Source of the DNA: a virus
Taxonomy: Duplodnaviria > Caudoviricetes
Length of the DNA stretch: 64,000 nucleotides
IMG/VR virus record: IMGVR_UViG_3300028482_000001
Coordinates: 16,556 to 80,555 of that record
Reading direction: 5' to 3' (one strand)
Position 1 is the stretch's first letter. Each line of letters begins with the position of its first letter. The notes beneath the pieces are model-generated. The model searched no databases, was not told the origin of the DNA, and saw nothing but the letters and a program-made list of their open reading frames with translations. Below are positions 18,643-27,994 of this stretch, piece by piece. Position numbers and translations under genes: made by a program.

Positions 18643-18836
18643 ATAAAATGTTTTATAAATACGAAGACGTATTTATGAGAGAGTAAAGGTATAGGAATTT
18701 CCTACACCTTTGATGGGGTCTCTATTATCCACCCCATAATTATAGACAATTATTGTGGTTGACGGTATCGGAATTTGCGAGGTCGTGATTATTGATACAA
18801 AGGGGGTATCTGTTCGTTACCTCCTGTTATACGATT

Positions 18837-19160
18837 TTAGTTATTTTTCCAAAATTCAACTTGATTGTGAATAAGCGAAATAATGGAATCTCTTTTTTTA
18901 CCTTCTACTGTTAATAATTCATGTGCTACTTTTTGAATATCTAGGGGTAAATTGGTTGTAGGGTTTTCTCCAGTCAGTAACCATTCCATAGATACGTTTA
19001 ATAATTTGCTACACTGATATACAAATTCTGCATCAGGACTGTTTTGTCTTAAAAATCTTTGTTCTAAAGTTGATTTTTGAATATTTATCTTACTTGCCAA
19101 TTCTTTATGGGTAATACAGTTGTACTCTAATTCTCCTCTTAGTCTATCCCAAAAATTCAT
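18837..19160 (-). CDS. XRE HTH repressor, paralogue of 2724-3062
   Basis: Shared 'LNV(S/T)MEWLLTGENP..DIQK..QV.(F/Y)WKN'. Confidence 0.85.
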   Translation of the reverse strand: MNFWDRLRGELEYNCITHKELASKINIQKSTLEQRFLRQNSPDAEFVYQCSKLLNVSMEWLLTGENPTTNLPLDIQKVAHELLTVEGKKRDSIISLIHNQVEFWKNN

Positions 19161-19208
19161 ATTTTTTTATCCTTGTTTAATCACATTCCTTTTTATGTAT
19201 CGGAATAA

Positions 19209-19277
19209 TACTACATTTTATTAAATAAAAGTTGACAAGGTCAACAATTTGTAGTATAAATATTTTATGATACTACA
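19209..19277 (+). promoter_or_regulatory. Promoter with TACTACA operator half-sites
   Basis: TTGACA(19232)-17-TATAAA; tactaca at 19209 and 19271, inverted tgtagta at 19250. Confidence 0.6.
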
Positions 19278-19283
19278 AATTGT

Positions 19284-20003
19284 ATGATAAAAGGGGTGAA
19301 AATGCTAACAAATGTAATAATGAAATCGGAAAAGGATAGAGAGTTGTTTGGTGTTGTTATAAGACAAAACACCAAAGATTCAATGTTATCTTTAACTGAT
19401 TTGCAAGAGGCTTTTACTAGAGCAAGAATAATGAATGGTTGGAAATCAAAGGGTGAGATTCAGCATATTATCAATGGACAAGAAAATGCAGAACGTATTT
19501 ATTATGTCCTTTTAGAACAGAAGCTCATAAATTGTGATTATTCTCAATTTATGGAAATGGTACACGAAAAAGGGATGGTAAAAGTTTTGAAAGAATTAAG
19601 TGTTTACCGAACGACAGGCAGAGGGGAAAACAAACAATCTGTTTGCAATCCTTATATTTGGGTGTTAGTTGCAATGGAACTTAATCCTCAGTTATATGCC
19701 AAAGTTGTTACATGGTTGACAGACAAACTTATCCTTAATCGTATAGAAGCAGGGAATTTTTATAAATCTTTGTCAAGTGCATTGTATAAAATTCCTCAAC
19801 CGAATTATCCAGAAATTGCAAAAGCATTAAATACAAAAGTTTTTGGGAAACATGAAACAAGTATTAGAAACAAAGGGTCTCAAAAACAATTATCCGAACT
19901 TACAAGAATTGAAGATAATATTGCCTATTGTATTAACAAGGGTTTTTTCAAAACAAACGAAGATGTTTTAAACGCAATAAATGAATTTGAGGTTCAAAAA
20001 TGA
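19284..20003 (+). CDS. KilA-N-like DNA-binding protein
   Basis: 'ELFGVVIRQNTKDSMLSLTDL..TTGRG..PYIWVLVAMELNPQLYAKVVTW'. Confidence 0.7.
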   Translation: MIKGVKMLTNVIMKSEKDRELFGVVIRQNTKDSMLSLTDLQEAFTRARIMNGWKSKGEIQHIINGQENAERIYYVLLEQKLINCDYSQFMEMVHEKGMVKVLKELSVYRTTGRGENKQSVCNPYIWVLVAMELNPQLYAKVVTWLTDKLILNRIEAGNFYKSLSSALYKIPQPNYPEIAKALNTKVFGKHETSIRNKGSQKQLSELTRIEDNIAYCINKGFFKTNEDVLNAINEFEVQK

Positions 20004-20755
20004 AAAAAATAAAAACAATGAAGAAGTGTCAAAACCTACCACAGCTTACACTTCTTCAAAAGGAGCTACTAATGAATAACTCACTTATTTTATCGGATGT
20101 TAAGACTGAAAACTTAACTACAATGTCTACAAAAGAACTTGCAAATTTTCTAAAAACAAGTCCAAAAGTTATTTTAGAAAATGCAAAAAAATGTTTGCCT
20201 AATAAAAAAATTGAAAATGGTAAACCAACTTATTGGGATAAAGCAGAAGTAACTGTTTTAATTTATTTTATGCAAAATAATAAAACGACAATGTTTAATT
20301 CTCAAGCAAGTCAAGCTTTTACCGACGGGTTAAGGTCTGTTTCTACCGACCTAACACCAGCATTAAAATTAAAAAAGGCACTAGATTTAGCACAAGAAGC
20401 ATACGAAGAAGAACTACAAATAATTAGAGCAAGAGCAGAACTTGCAGAAAGTGTAGTAAATCGTATTGCAGATGGTAAAGGTTGTTACACAATGAACCAA
20501 ACAGCAAAAGCTCTAAAATTGCCTTACGGAAATATTAAATTGTTTGAAAAATTAAGAGCTATGCAGATTCTTAATCTTGATAACTCACCAAAACAAGAAC
20601 AAATTAACAATGGAAATTTTAAGGTAGTTGTAAAGTTTATTAACGAAAAAATCGGAAACAAACCTGTAACACTTACAACTAGTAAAGGACTTGTTTATTT
20701 AGCAAAAAAATTAAATACAGAAATTGATGAAAGTGTTTTACCCGATTACGAGTAG
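20000..20755 (+). CDS. Antirepressor with KilAC C-terminus
   Basis: 'YTMNQTAKALKLPYGNIKLFEKLR..TLTTSKGLVYL'. Confidence 0.8.
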   Translation: MKKIKTMKKCQNLPQLTLLQKELLMNNSLILSDVKTENLTTMSTKELANFLKTSPKVILENAKKCLPNKKIENGKPTYWDKAEVTVLIYFMQNNKTTMFNSQASQAFTDGLRSVSTDLTPALKLKKALDLAQEAYEEELQIIRARAELAESVVNRIADGKGCYTMNQTAKALKLPYGNIKLFEKLRAMQILNLDNSPKQEQINNGNFKVVVKFINEKIGNKPVTLTTSKGLVYLAKKLNTEIDESVLPDYE

Positions 20756-20893
20756 AAACTAACTTAAAGGAAGGTAAATATGGAAACAATTAAAAGCTTT
20801 ATTAAGTACTTGAAATTGTCAAAAAAGTATAAGGATGCAATAAGAAAAGTGATAGATAGTTTTTATGATGAATACAAATTGAAAAACTAACAC

Positions 20894-20992
20894 TTGAAAC
20901 AATTATAAACATGTAATAAAATTAATATGAACGATGTGTCAAAAAGACAGTCATTTATCTTTCATGGGATAAGTGGCTGTCTTTTTTTTTTG
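20894..20992 (+). promoter_or_regulatory. Late leader motif copy A (promoter + GATGTG + terminator hairpin)
   Basis: TTGAAA-17-TAAAAT; gatgtgtc; aagacagtca...tggctgtctt + T-tract. Confidence 0.8.
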
Positions 20993-21008
20993 TTTAGGAG
21001 TAATAAAA

Positions 21009-22631
21009 ATGGGCGGTTTTAAAGAAATTGATATAAAAAAAGAATTAAGAAAAAGGGTTGCATATAACCAAAAAGAAAATGGAAACGGTATTTTCAATAA
21101 AGATTTTTTCCTGGGGCAAGGAACGCTTGATAATGCAGATTCTATTTTTTATGATCCTTATTTTGTGTCTGAAAATGCTTTCCATGGAATTAGAACTATA
21201 TCACGTGTACAATTCGGGGGAATCCCATGTGCAACTTTAAGGAAAGTAGCTCAAAAAGCATGGATTATTAATACTTGTATTAATCACATCCAAAAGAAAA
21301 TCAAACCATTCTTAAAACCTGTAACAGATAGAAATTCTAGGGGCTTTTTGATTTATAAAAAGGGTGAAGATTTAACAAAGACACAAAAAGCCGATAAAAC
21401 GAGAGATGAAATTAGAGATTTTATTATTAACTGTGGGAACTTTGAAGATGCAGATAGAGATGATTTTGTTAAATATTGTATAAAAATTGTGCGTGATAAT
21501 TTAACTATTGATCAAGTTGCAACAGAATTACAGTACACAAAAGATAAAAAGTTATGTGCTTTTTATGCTGTAGATGCTGCAACAGTTGAAAAAGTAATCC
21601 CAAATAAAAATGTAAAAACAGATTGGAAATATATTCAAGTTGTAGATGGAATTCCTGCGGCCGGATATACAACTGATACAATGCTTTTTGATTTTGAAAA
21701 TCCAAGAACAGATATTTACCATTCTCAATATGGGTATTCATATGTAGAACAAGCAGTAGACTTAATAACATCATTTATTAATACTTTTGTATATAATGCC
21801 GGAAACTTTACAGAAAACAAACTTCCTAAAGGTATGCTTTTAATTAGCGGAGATGCAACTTCTGAACGAATTGAAGAAATGGAAGATTATATTGCTGAAA
21901 TTATGAGTGGTGGGCCACTTAATCAGTGGAGAATCCCAATAATTCCAGCAGGAGATAAAGAAGCAAGTATTGAATGGAAACAACTAAACGGAAACAACAG
22001 AGAAATGGAATTCCAACAATGGAATGACTATTTAACTAGTGCTGTAGTTGCTATGTTTGGTTGTTCAATGGATGAACTAGGAATTCAAAGCCAAAAATCA
22101 CAAACAATGTTTGAAAACTCTGGAGCAGACAGAATGTCGGCTAGTAAATCTTTGTTGTTAGGTGATTTATTAACATTTCTTGAATCTTACATAAATAAAA
22201 TCGTTAAAAAAATAAATCCTGATTATGTATTAGAATTTGTAGGATATGAAAAAGACAATCCAAACACTGTAGCAGATTTAGACGAAAAAGAAGTTAGAAC
22301 CTGGAAAAGTATTAACGAAAAAAGAGCAGAAAAAGGATTAGACCCTATAGACTTGTCAAAGATTGAAAACGGGGCAGACTTACCAATGAATGGTCAACTT
22401 GTACAAATGTTCCAGGCTGCACAAGCTCAAACAGGTATGGGCGATATGGGGGGAATGGGTGAAGAAGGAACAGAGGATAATGATGATTGGCAGAATTATG
22501 GAGATGAAGAAGGCACTAACGAAGAATCTAACAATGATTACAGTGGTTTAGAAGATTCCAAAAATACTAATGCTTATAGTGGACTTGAAGAAAGTTCAGA
22601 AGATATAAACAAATCATTATTAAGGATTTAG
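21009..22631 (+). CDS. Portal protein (SPO1/Twort-like)
   Basis: 'IDQVATE..AVDAATV..NFTENKLPKGML..QWRIPI..MEFQQW..AMFG..DELG..FVG'; follows TerL; acidic tail. Confidence 0.88.
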   Translation: MGGFKEIDIKKELRKRVAYNQKENGNGIFNKDFFLGQGTLDNADSIFYDPYFVSENAFHGIRTISRVQFGGIPCATLRKVAQKAWIINTCINHIQKKIKPFLKPVTDRNSRGFLIYKKGEDLTKTQKADKTRDEIRDFIINCGNFEDADRDDFVKYCIKIVRDNLTIDQVATELQYTKDKKLCAFYAVDAATVEKVIPNKNVKTDWKYIQVVDGIPAAGYTTDTMLFDFENPRTDIYHSQYGYSYVEQAVDLITSFINTFVYNAGNFTENKLPKGMLLISGDATSERIEEMEDYIAEIMSGGPLNQWRIPIIPAGDKEASIEWKQLNGNNREMEFQQWNDYLTSAVVAMFGCSMDELGIQSQKSQTMFENSGADRMSASKSLLLGDLLTFLESYINKIVKKINPDYVLEFVGYEKDNPNTVADLDEKEVRTWKSINEKRAEKGLDPIDLSKIENGADLPMNGQLVQMFQAAQAQTGMGDMGGMGEEGTEDNDDWQNYGDEEGTNEESNNDYSGLEDSKNTNAYSGLEESSEDINKSLLRI

Positions 22632-22635
22632 GGCG

Positions 22636-22809
22636 ATGAATGAAATTTGTAAAAATTGTACTTGGTGGGTAGAAGAAACTGACAAAATCGGAGAGTACGA
22701 ACATAAGGAAGCTCTAAAACAAAATAAAGGTTTTTGTTTGTGCCAAGATTTGTTTACAAATAAAGAACCTGATGATGAATGTGATTGTGGAGAATTTAAT
22801 CATGAGTAG
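22636..22809 (+). CDS. Small Cys-rich hypothetical protein
   Basis: 57 aa MNEICKNCTWW...CLC...CDC; below the ORF-track cutoff. Confidence 0.5.
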   Translation: MNEICKNCTWWVEETDKIGEYEHKEALKQNKGFCLCQDLFTNKEPDDECDCGEFNHE

Positions 22810-23002
22810 AAGTTATCGAAAAACACCAATAGTAAAAGATAATGGCAAACACAAACAATACTGGAAAAGACAAGCAAATAAAAGATGTCGCAAAGAAAGA
22901 GTTGGTAGTGGTGGGGAATATAAAAAGCATTATGATCAATACTCTATTTGTGATTGGAAGTTTAGATTAAAGAATTTGTGTAAAAAGAAAATGTCAAAAT
23001 AA
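22802..23002 (+). CDS. Small basic phage protein
   Basis: 'MSRSYRKTPI..KRQANKRCRK' type seen in many phages. Confidence 0.6.
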   Translation: MSRSYRKTPIVKDNGKHKQYWKRQANKRCRKERVGSGGEYKKHYDQYSICDWKFRLKNLCKKKMSK

Positions 23003-23058
23003 GGGAAATTAATGGAAAATTAAGGGAAATTTCCCTTGTTTATTTAAAAGGAGATAAA

Positions 23059-26000
23059 ATGGGAAAACTAGTAATTAAAAAATCTGTTGCAAATCAAATA
23101 ACAAGCAAATTAAAAACTCATAAAAATGATGATATAACGCCCGAATTTGCAGAAAATCTGCAAAAATCGGACTTATTTTCTGAAAATAAGCAAGTTTCAG
23201 TCAAATTACAGTCAAATAAAAATATAGGTGTAACTCCTGATGATTGTTATTATGATTTAGATAATCCCACAGAGAAATTTTATTATGATTTGAAAATGAA
23301 ATTTGCTCAGAGTGATAAAGCAGATGATATTGAGAAATCACATAAATATATAAGACGATGGAAAATGAATAATGGTGAATGGAGATATGAATATCCAAAA
23401 GGGGTTGATAAAAAAATACATTCATTTAGAGATGTAACAACAGCTCTAACAAATAAGACAACAGAAATAAAAGATATTCAACCATTAACAACAGAAAAAC
23501 AGATTGATGCAGAGCTTGAAAGATTAACAAAACTTTCAGAAGAAGGAAAACTTACTTGTCCGGCTTTAGGAAATGCAAATATTTACATTGAAGATATGAC
23601 TACAGAACATGCAGAAAAAACAAACGGTGTATTTAGAACAAAGGAAGCTAAAATTCATAAGTTACAATATCTTTCTTTTGTTGAAGATGTTCTTAAAAAT
23701 GGTATTCTATTTATGAAATCACGTAAATACAATCATGCTTGGTCATTAGATAAGATTTCAGAAAGAGAAAGAACTACTTATGGAATTATTAACAAGGTTA
23801 CATATTTTGACAAAAAGAAAAATAAAAACATAACATGTGGAATGGAAATTGTTGTTGCGTGGGATAATGAAAGAAAAAGGTTTGTGTTTTCATTTATTGA
23901 TAGACAAATAAAAAAATCCTTGTTATTTAACAAGGATTTTCAAACGACCACTTTCGAGGCGGGTCAGGTAGGTGCTTGTAAAACAGAGGCTTTTTCTACC
24001 ACCGACTCTATAATACCACATTTGATAAATTTGTCAAGTAGAAATGTAAATAAATCCCTTACTTATTCTGGTTATAAATTACAAGGTAGAACTAGACTTT
24101 ATGGCATGGATATTTCCATTGAAAATAAAAAAGGAAGTTATAGATGTGGTGTAGATTCAGATGGTCATAAGTGGGAAATTTTAATGCACTATGATTATGG
24201 ATATATTAGGGGAACTGTAGGAGTAGACAAAGATCACTTAGATTGTGTAAGCCCAGAAACAAAAATCTTAATGGCTGATTATACTGAAAAAAGTGCTGCA
24301 GATATAAAAGAAGGCGACGAACTTATTGGAATTAAATTAGAAACACAACAGCATAAGCAGCGAAAACAGATTAAAACTAAAGTTATTCATGTCAAAAAAG
24401 GTATGGATGATATGCTAGATATTACTCTTGAAAATGGTGTAAAACTGAGAACTACTAAAGGTCATTTACATTATTATTTTCAAGGTAAGACAAGAGATAA
24501 GTATTGGAAGCGTGCTGATGAATTAAAAATTGGTGATAAACTTGTAATGATTTACAATCATCATAATTTTGAAGAAACAGAAGATTATAAAAAGGGTTAT
24601 CTCTTTGGAGCTTATATCGGCGATGGATGTTATAATTTTGATGAATCAAAACAGGTTTATTGTGATATTAGAAAAGGCGTTGCTTTTATTGATGTTATAC
24701 ATAGAGTAAAACAATATTGGAATGATTTAGGTTTAGAAACATCTAAGATAAGAATAGACAAACCTAGACAGACAAATTCTTTATTAGCAGATGGTAGAAA
24801 AGTTATATCTAAAATGGATTTAGCTATATTATCTATTAGAGGTATAAACAAAATAAGATATATTAAATCAATTCTTGTAAAAAATCCTAAATCTTTTGAA
24901 TGGTGTCGTGGTTATATCGCTGGTTTATTTGATACAGATGGATGCTTGAATTGTAGACATGAATTCCTGATAACTCAAACCAAAAATCAAGATGAATTTA
25001 TGAAATTTACAATTGAATGTATTAATAAATTGGGTTATCAAGCAGTAAAAAGATACAATGAAATTAAATTACATACAGATTATATGGCTGATAATATAAC
25101 AATGGAGTTTACTCAAATTATTAAGCCAGCTCTTGAAAAGAAAAGAAACTTTTTAGGCCAAACTTATAGATATGAGCCATTGGAAATTGTGGATATAAAG
25201 CCATATACCGGGGAGTTTGTTGCTATTCAGACTGATGAACAGACATATATTGCAAATGGACTTGTAACACATAATTGCTATGTTGGACCAGATAAAAACA
25301 CAAAAAAAGTTTATGTAATTCATCAAAACAATCCTATTACTCATAAATACGATGAAGATAAATGTATGTTGTGTTTTGAAAGTGCAGATGCAGCCAAAAA
25401 AGCATATATGAAACAATATGATAGACCAGGATTTTTTGGAAGTATGGAAACATTAACTGTAGAACAATTCAAAACTTTTGTATTTTCAAAACAAGGTAGT
25501 AGAATACACAAATCCTTTGATATTGAAATAACTGATATTACTGAAAATAATAAGCAAAGAAAAGTTGAGCAAGTAGAAAAGGCATTAAACGCTATTTATA
25601 ATAACAAACCTTTTGTAATTGAGCATATTTCAAAAAAATTAGATTTCTCAAGAAAATATAATGATATTTTAATGAGAATTACTGATTTTGATAAAAACAA
25701 AATTGAAAAAGCTGTACATTCATTGGCATTTACATTAGATACTAAAGTTAAGGCAAGTAAAGGAGAGGCCTTTGTATATGCCAGTCAGGAAGATTTAACA
25801 AATCAGATTGTTAATGAAATTACTGAAAAAACAAAAAAGATTTATAATTTCGTAATTTCATTTTTTGACTTACCTGAAATTACTATCGTAAGAAAAGCAA
25901 ATTTAATTCATAAAGGGAAAATAATATACAATCCTGAAACAGGAGAACCTGTGAAAAAAGCAGAGTGGGATAAATTTGTAGAAGAATTAGAAAAAATGCT

Positions 26001-26706
26001 TAATAAAAATTATATGGGGTATGGTGAAAAAATAGTTTTAAAAGGTGAAACGTTAGGACTGATTTTAGATCGTCTTGCAAAAACTAATTCTTTTGAAGCA
26101 ATTCAGAAGAAAAAACTTTCGGACATTGTATATAAACGAAAACATTTTGATTGGATTTCGGATGATATAAAAAATTTAAAAACTATTATTGGTGAACCTA
26201 TATCAAGGGAACGGGCAGCAAGAATTGAAGTTGCGATGCAGAGTGTAGGGCAAAGAATATCAAGGGTAAAAGATTCTCTTAAAAATGAAATCCAGCAAGT
26301 TATTATTGACGGAATTAAAAACAAAGAATCGAAGAGAGTTGTTTCTCAAAATTTGTTTGATAAGTGTGTAGGACTTAATCGAGATTTTCAAAAAATTGCA
26401 GATAGTGAAATCCAAAATACAGTTAATAATGCATATATCAAAGAAGAAGTTTTTAATTCAGACGAAAATGAAAAAATCTATTTTAAAAGGTTTGAAGTGA
26501 TAGATGATAACACTTGTTCAAAATGTAAAAAAATAAAAGGGAAACTTGCACTTTATAGCAAAGTTCCTTTGGATGATGAACATATCAAGGATGAGTATGC
26601 TGATTATGCAATATGGGAAGGTAAAGTAGATGGAGATTTGCCTATGGGGATATTGCATCCTTATTGTCGTGGATCGTGGGTTAGGTATTATCCGGAGGTT
26701 GATTGA
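23059..26706 (+). CDS. Polyvalent protein: BECR/LPD3-like nuclease + InPase-like domain (intein-split) + MuF-like head morphogenesis domain
   Basis: InPase motifs 'ISIENKKGSYRCGVDSDGHKW..YGYIRGTVGVDKDHLD|CYVGP..YDEDKCMLCF'; C-terminal 'C..C...LHPYCR' MuF motif. Confidence 0.75.
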   Translation: MGKLVIKKSVANQITSKLKTHKNDDITPEFAENLQKSDLFSENKQVSVKLQSNKNIGVTPDDCYYDLDNPTEKFYYDLKMKFAQSDKADDIEKSHKYIRRWKMNNGEWRYEYPKGVDKKIHSFRDVTTALTNKTTEIKDIQPLTTEKQIDAELERLTKLSEEGKLTCPALGNANIYIEDMTTEHAEKTNGVFRTKEAKIHKLQYLSFVEDVLKNGILFMKSRKYNHAWSLDKISERERTTYGIINKVTYFDKKKNKNITCGMEIVVAWDNERKRFVFSFIDRQIKKSLLFNKDFQTTTFEAGQVGACKTEAFSTTDSIIPHLINLSSRNVNKSLTYSGYKLQGRTRLYGMDISIENKKGSYRCGVDSDGHKWEILMHYDYGYIRGTVGVDKDHLDCVSPETKILMADYTEKSAADIKEGDELIGIKLETQQHKQRKQIKTKVIHVKKGMDDMLDITLENGVKLRTTKGHLHYYFQGKTRDKYWKRADELKIGDKLVMIYNHHNFEETEDYKKGYLFGAYIGDGCYNFDESKQVYCDIRKGVAFIDVIHRVKQYWNDLGLETSKIRIDKPRQTNSLLADGRKVISKMDLAILSIRGINKIRYIKSILVKNPKSFEWCRGYIAGLFDTDGCLNCRHEFLITQTKNQDEFMKFTIECINKLGYQAVKRYNEIKLHTDYMADNITMEFTQIIKPALEKKRNFLGQTYRYEPLEIVDIKPYTGEFVAIQTDEQTYIANGLVTHNCYVGPDKNTKKVYVIHQNNPITHKYDEDKCMLCFESADAAKKAYMKQYDRPGFFGSMETLTVEQFKTFVFSKQGSRIHKSFDIEITDITENNKQRKVEQVEKALNAIYNNKPFVIEHISKKLDFSRKYNDILMRITDFDKNKIEKAVHSLAFTLDTKVKASKGEAFVYASQEDLTNQIVNEITEKTKKIYNFVISFFDLPEITIVRKANLIHKGKIIYNPETGEPVKKAEWDKFVEELEKMLNKNYMGYGEKIVLKGETLGLILDRLAKTNSFEAIQKKKLSDIVYKRKHFDWISDDIKNLKTIIGEPISRERAARIEVAMQSVGQRISRVKDSLKNEIQQVIIDGIKNKESKRVVSQNLFDKCVGLNRDFQKIADSEIQNTVNNAYIKEEVFNSDENEKIYFKRFEVIDDNTCSKCKKIKGKLALYSKVPLDDEHIKDEYADYAIWEGKVDGDLPMGILHPYCRGSWVRYYPEVD
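23910..24037 (-). ncRNA. Antisense promoter plus ~94-nt sRNA with terminator (copy 2)
   Basis: Minus-strand TTGACA(24037-24032)-16-TGnTATTAT; terminator aaaatccttgtt/aacaaggatttt + U7. Confidence 0.6.
24244..25275 (+). mobile_element. 344-aa intein with LAGLIDADG homing endonuclease
   Basis: Starts 'CVSPETKILMAD', ends 'YIANGLVTHN' followed by +1 Cys; endonuclease blocks 'YLFGAYIGDG' and 'YIAGLFDTDG'. Confidence 0.95.
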
Positions 26707-26730
26707 GTATTAAATTTAAAACTTTATCTA

Positions 26731-26895
26731 TTGACAAGTCGTAAATTTTATATTATAGTTTGATTATTAGTATTAATTTTAATACTAGTTGTTTTAAATA
26801 AAGAGTTGCGTATTTGTTTAAGACTATTACTAACCTATTATCTTTTTTCAACGCAACCCTAGATGACTAGGTGAAAAAAGGTGATAGGTTTTTTA
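26731..26895 (+). promoter_or_regulatory. Promoter, operator palindrome and structured attenuator leader
   Basis: TTGACA-17-TATAGT; tagtattaattttaatacta; terminator 26832-26850/26872-26890 + T-tract. Confidence 0.7.
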
Positions 26896-26917
26896 TTTTA
26901 AAGGAGTAAGGTAAGGT

Positions 26918-27412
26918 ATGATAGGATACAAAGCATTTGACAAAAATTTATGTTGTCGAGGATTCCGGTTTGAAGTTGGAAAAACTTACACAAAAGACAC
27001 TAAAAAAGAAGATTTAGAATGTTGTACTGACAAAGTATTTCATTTTTGTCGAGAACTTTTTGCTATAGAAAAAGAAAGTAATTACAAACTTTCAGAATCA
27101 AGAATTTGCGAAATTATCGCAGGTGAATATATAAAACAAGACGACAAGTACGGAACGAATTCAATTACAATCCTTCGTGAGATTATAGGAGATGAAAAAA
27201 AAGAACATAAACAAGAGATAAAAACCTGTGGTGGCTTTTTAAAATCTCTTGAATACAAAGAAGCGTTTAGATTGGCTTGGGATAAAGCAAGTAAAGAAGA
27301 ACATAAAAAACTTCTTAAACTTCCTAACTGGAATAATGAAATTTTTAAAGAAATTTCTGGAATCGACGCAGAAGCAGAAATAAAAAAAGAAAATAAGGAA
27401 TTAGAAAAATGA
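26918..27412 (+). CDS. Phage protein of the 'GYKAFDKNL.CRGF' family, lacking the usual central repeat region
   Basis: N-terminal 'GYKAFDKNLCCRGFRFEVGKTY' and C-terminal 'GGFLKSLEYKEAF..LPNWNNEIFKEISGID'. Confidence 0.65.
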   Translation: MIGYKAFDKNLCCRGFRFEVGKTYTKDTKKEDLECCTDKVFHFCRELFAIEKESNYKLSESRICEIIAGEYIKQDDKYGTNSITILREIIGDEKKEHKQEIKTCGGFLKSLEYKEAFRLAWDKASKEEHKKLLKLPNWNNEIFKEISGIDAEAEIKKENKELEK

Positions 27413-27735
27413 GTTTTAGTCCAGAAACAGAAAAATTAGTAAATGACTTAATCCAAGCAGAATACAAAAATGCTTGTGAAAAGTTTGGCGAAAAATATCA
27501 CTCACTTCACGAGGGGTGTGCAGTTCTTTTGGAAGAAGTAGAAGATGTTGAAGATTGTATAAAACGATTAAAGAATGAAATAGATTATATTTGGACTTAT
27601 ATCAAAAAAGATAAAACAAAAATTATAAAATATTCTGTTGATGATAGTTTCAATATATTTACAATTAATTCAATAAAAGAACTTGCACAAGTTGGAGCAG
27701 TTTTAATGAAGATTCAAAATACTTTGATGAGGTGA
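27409..27735 (+). CDS. MazG-like nucleotide pyrophosphatase
   Basis: 'HEGCAVLLEEVEDV...KELAQVGAV' all-alpha NTP-PPase pattern. Confidence 0.6.
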   Translation: MSFSPETEKLVNDLIQAEYKNACEKFGEKYHSLHEGCAVLLEEVEDVEDCIKRLKNEIDYIWTYIKKDKTKIIKYSVDDSFNIFTINSIKELAQVGAVLMKIQNTLMR

Positions 27736-27739
27736 AAGA

Positions 27740-27994
27740 ATGATTTGCGAAAAATGTCGTTATTGTTACGAGTTAGACCAGTCTAATGAAAGTAATGGGA
27801 AAGATATAATCCAATATTGCAAACACGGATTAGGCAATGCTTATGTTAACGGATATTGCGATTATCCTTTTGTTTTTATTCCAATAGTAATTTTATATTC
27901 TAAAATACGCAGATTTTTTTATAATAAAAGCATAAAAAAACATTTAGAGTATTATAAATTATTTGAGTCCATTATAAAGGATGTAGCAGAATGA
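27740..27994 (+). CDS. Hypothetical protein (CxxC, one hydrophobic segment)
   Basis: Operon-coupled ORF. Confidence 0.55.
   Translation: MICEKCRYCYELDQSNESNGKDIIQYCKHGLGNAYVNGYCDYPFVFIPIVILYSKIRRFFYNKSIKKHLEYYKLFESIIKDVAE

Noticed and set aside
24244-25275. Group I intron or free-standing homing endonuclease
   Set aside because: The reading frame is continuous and the splice-junction residues are intein-type
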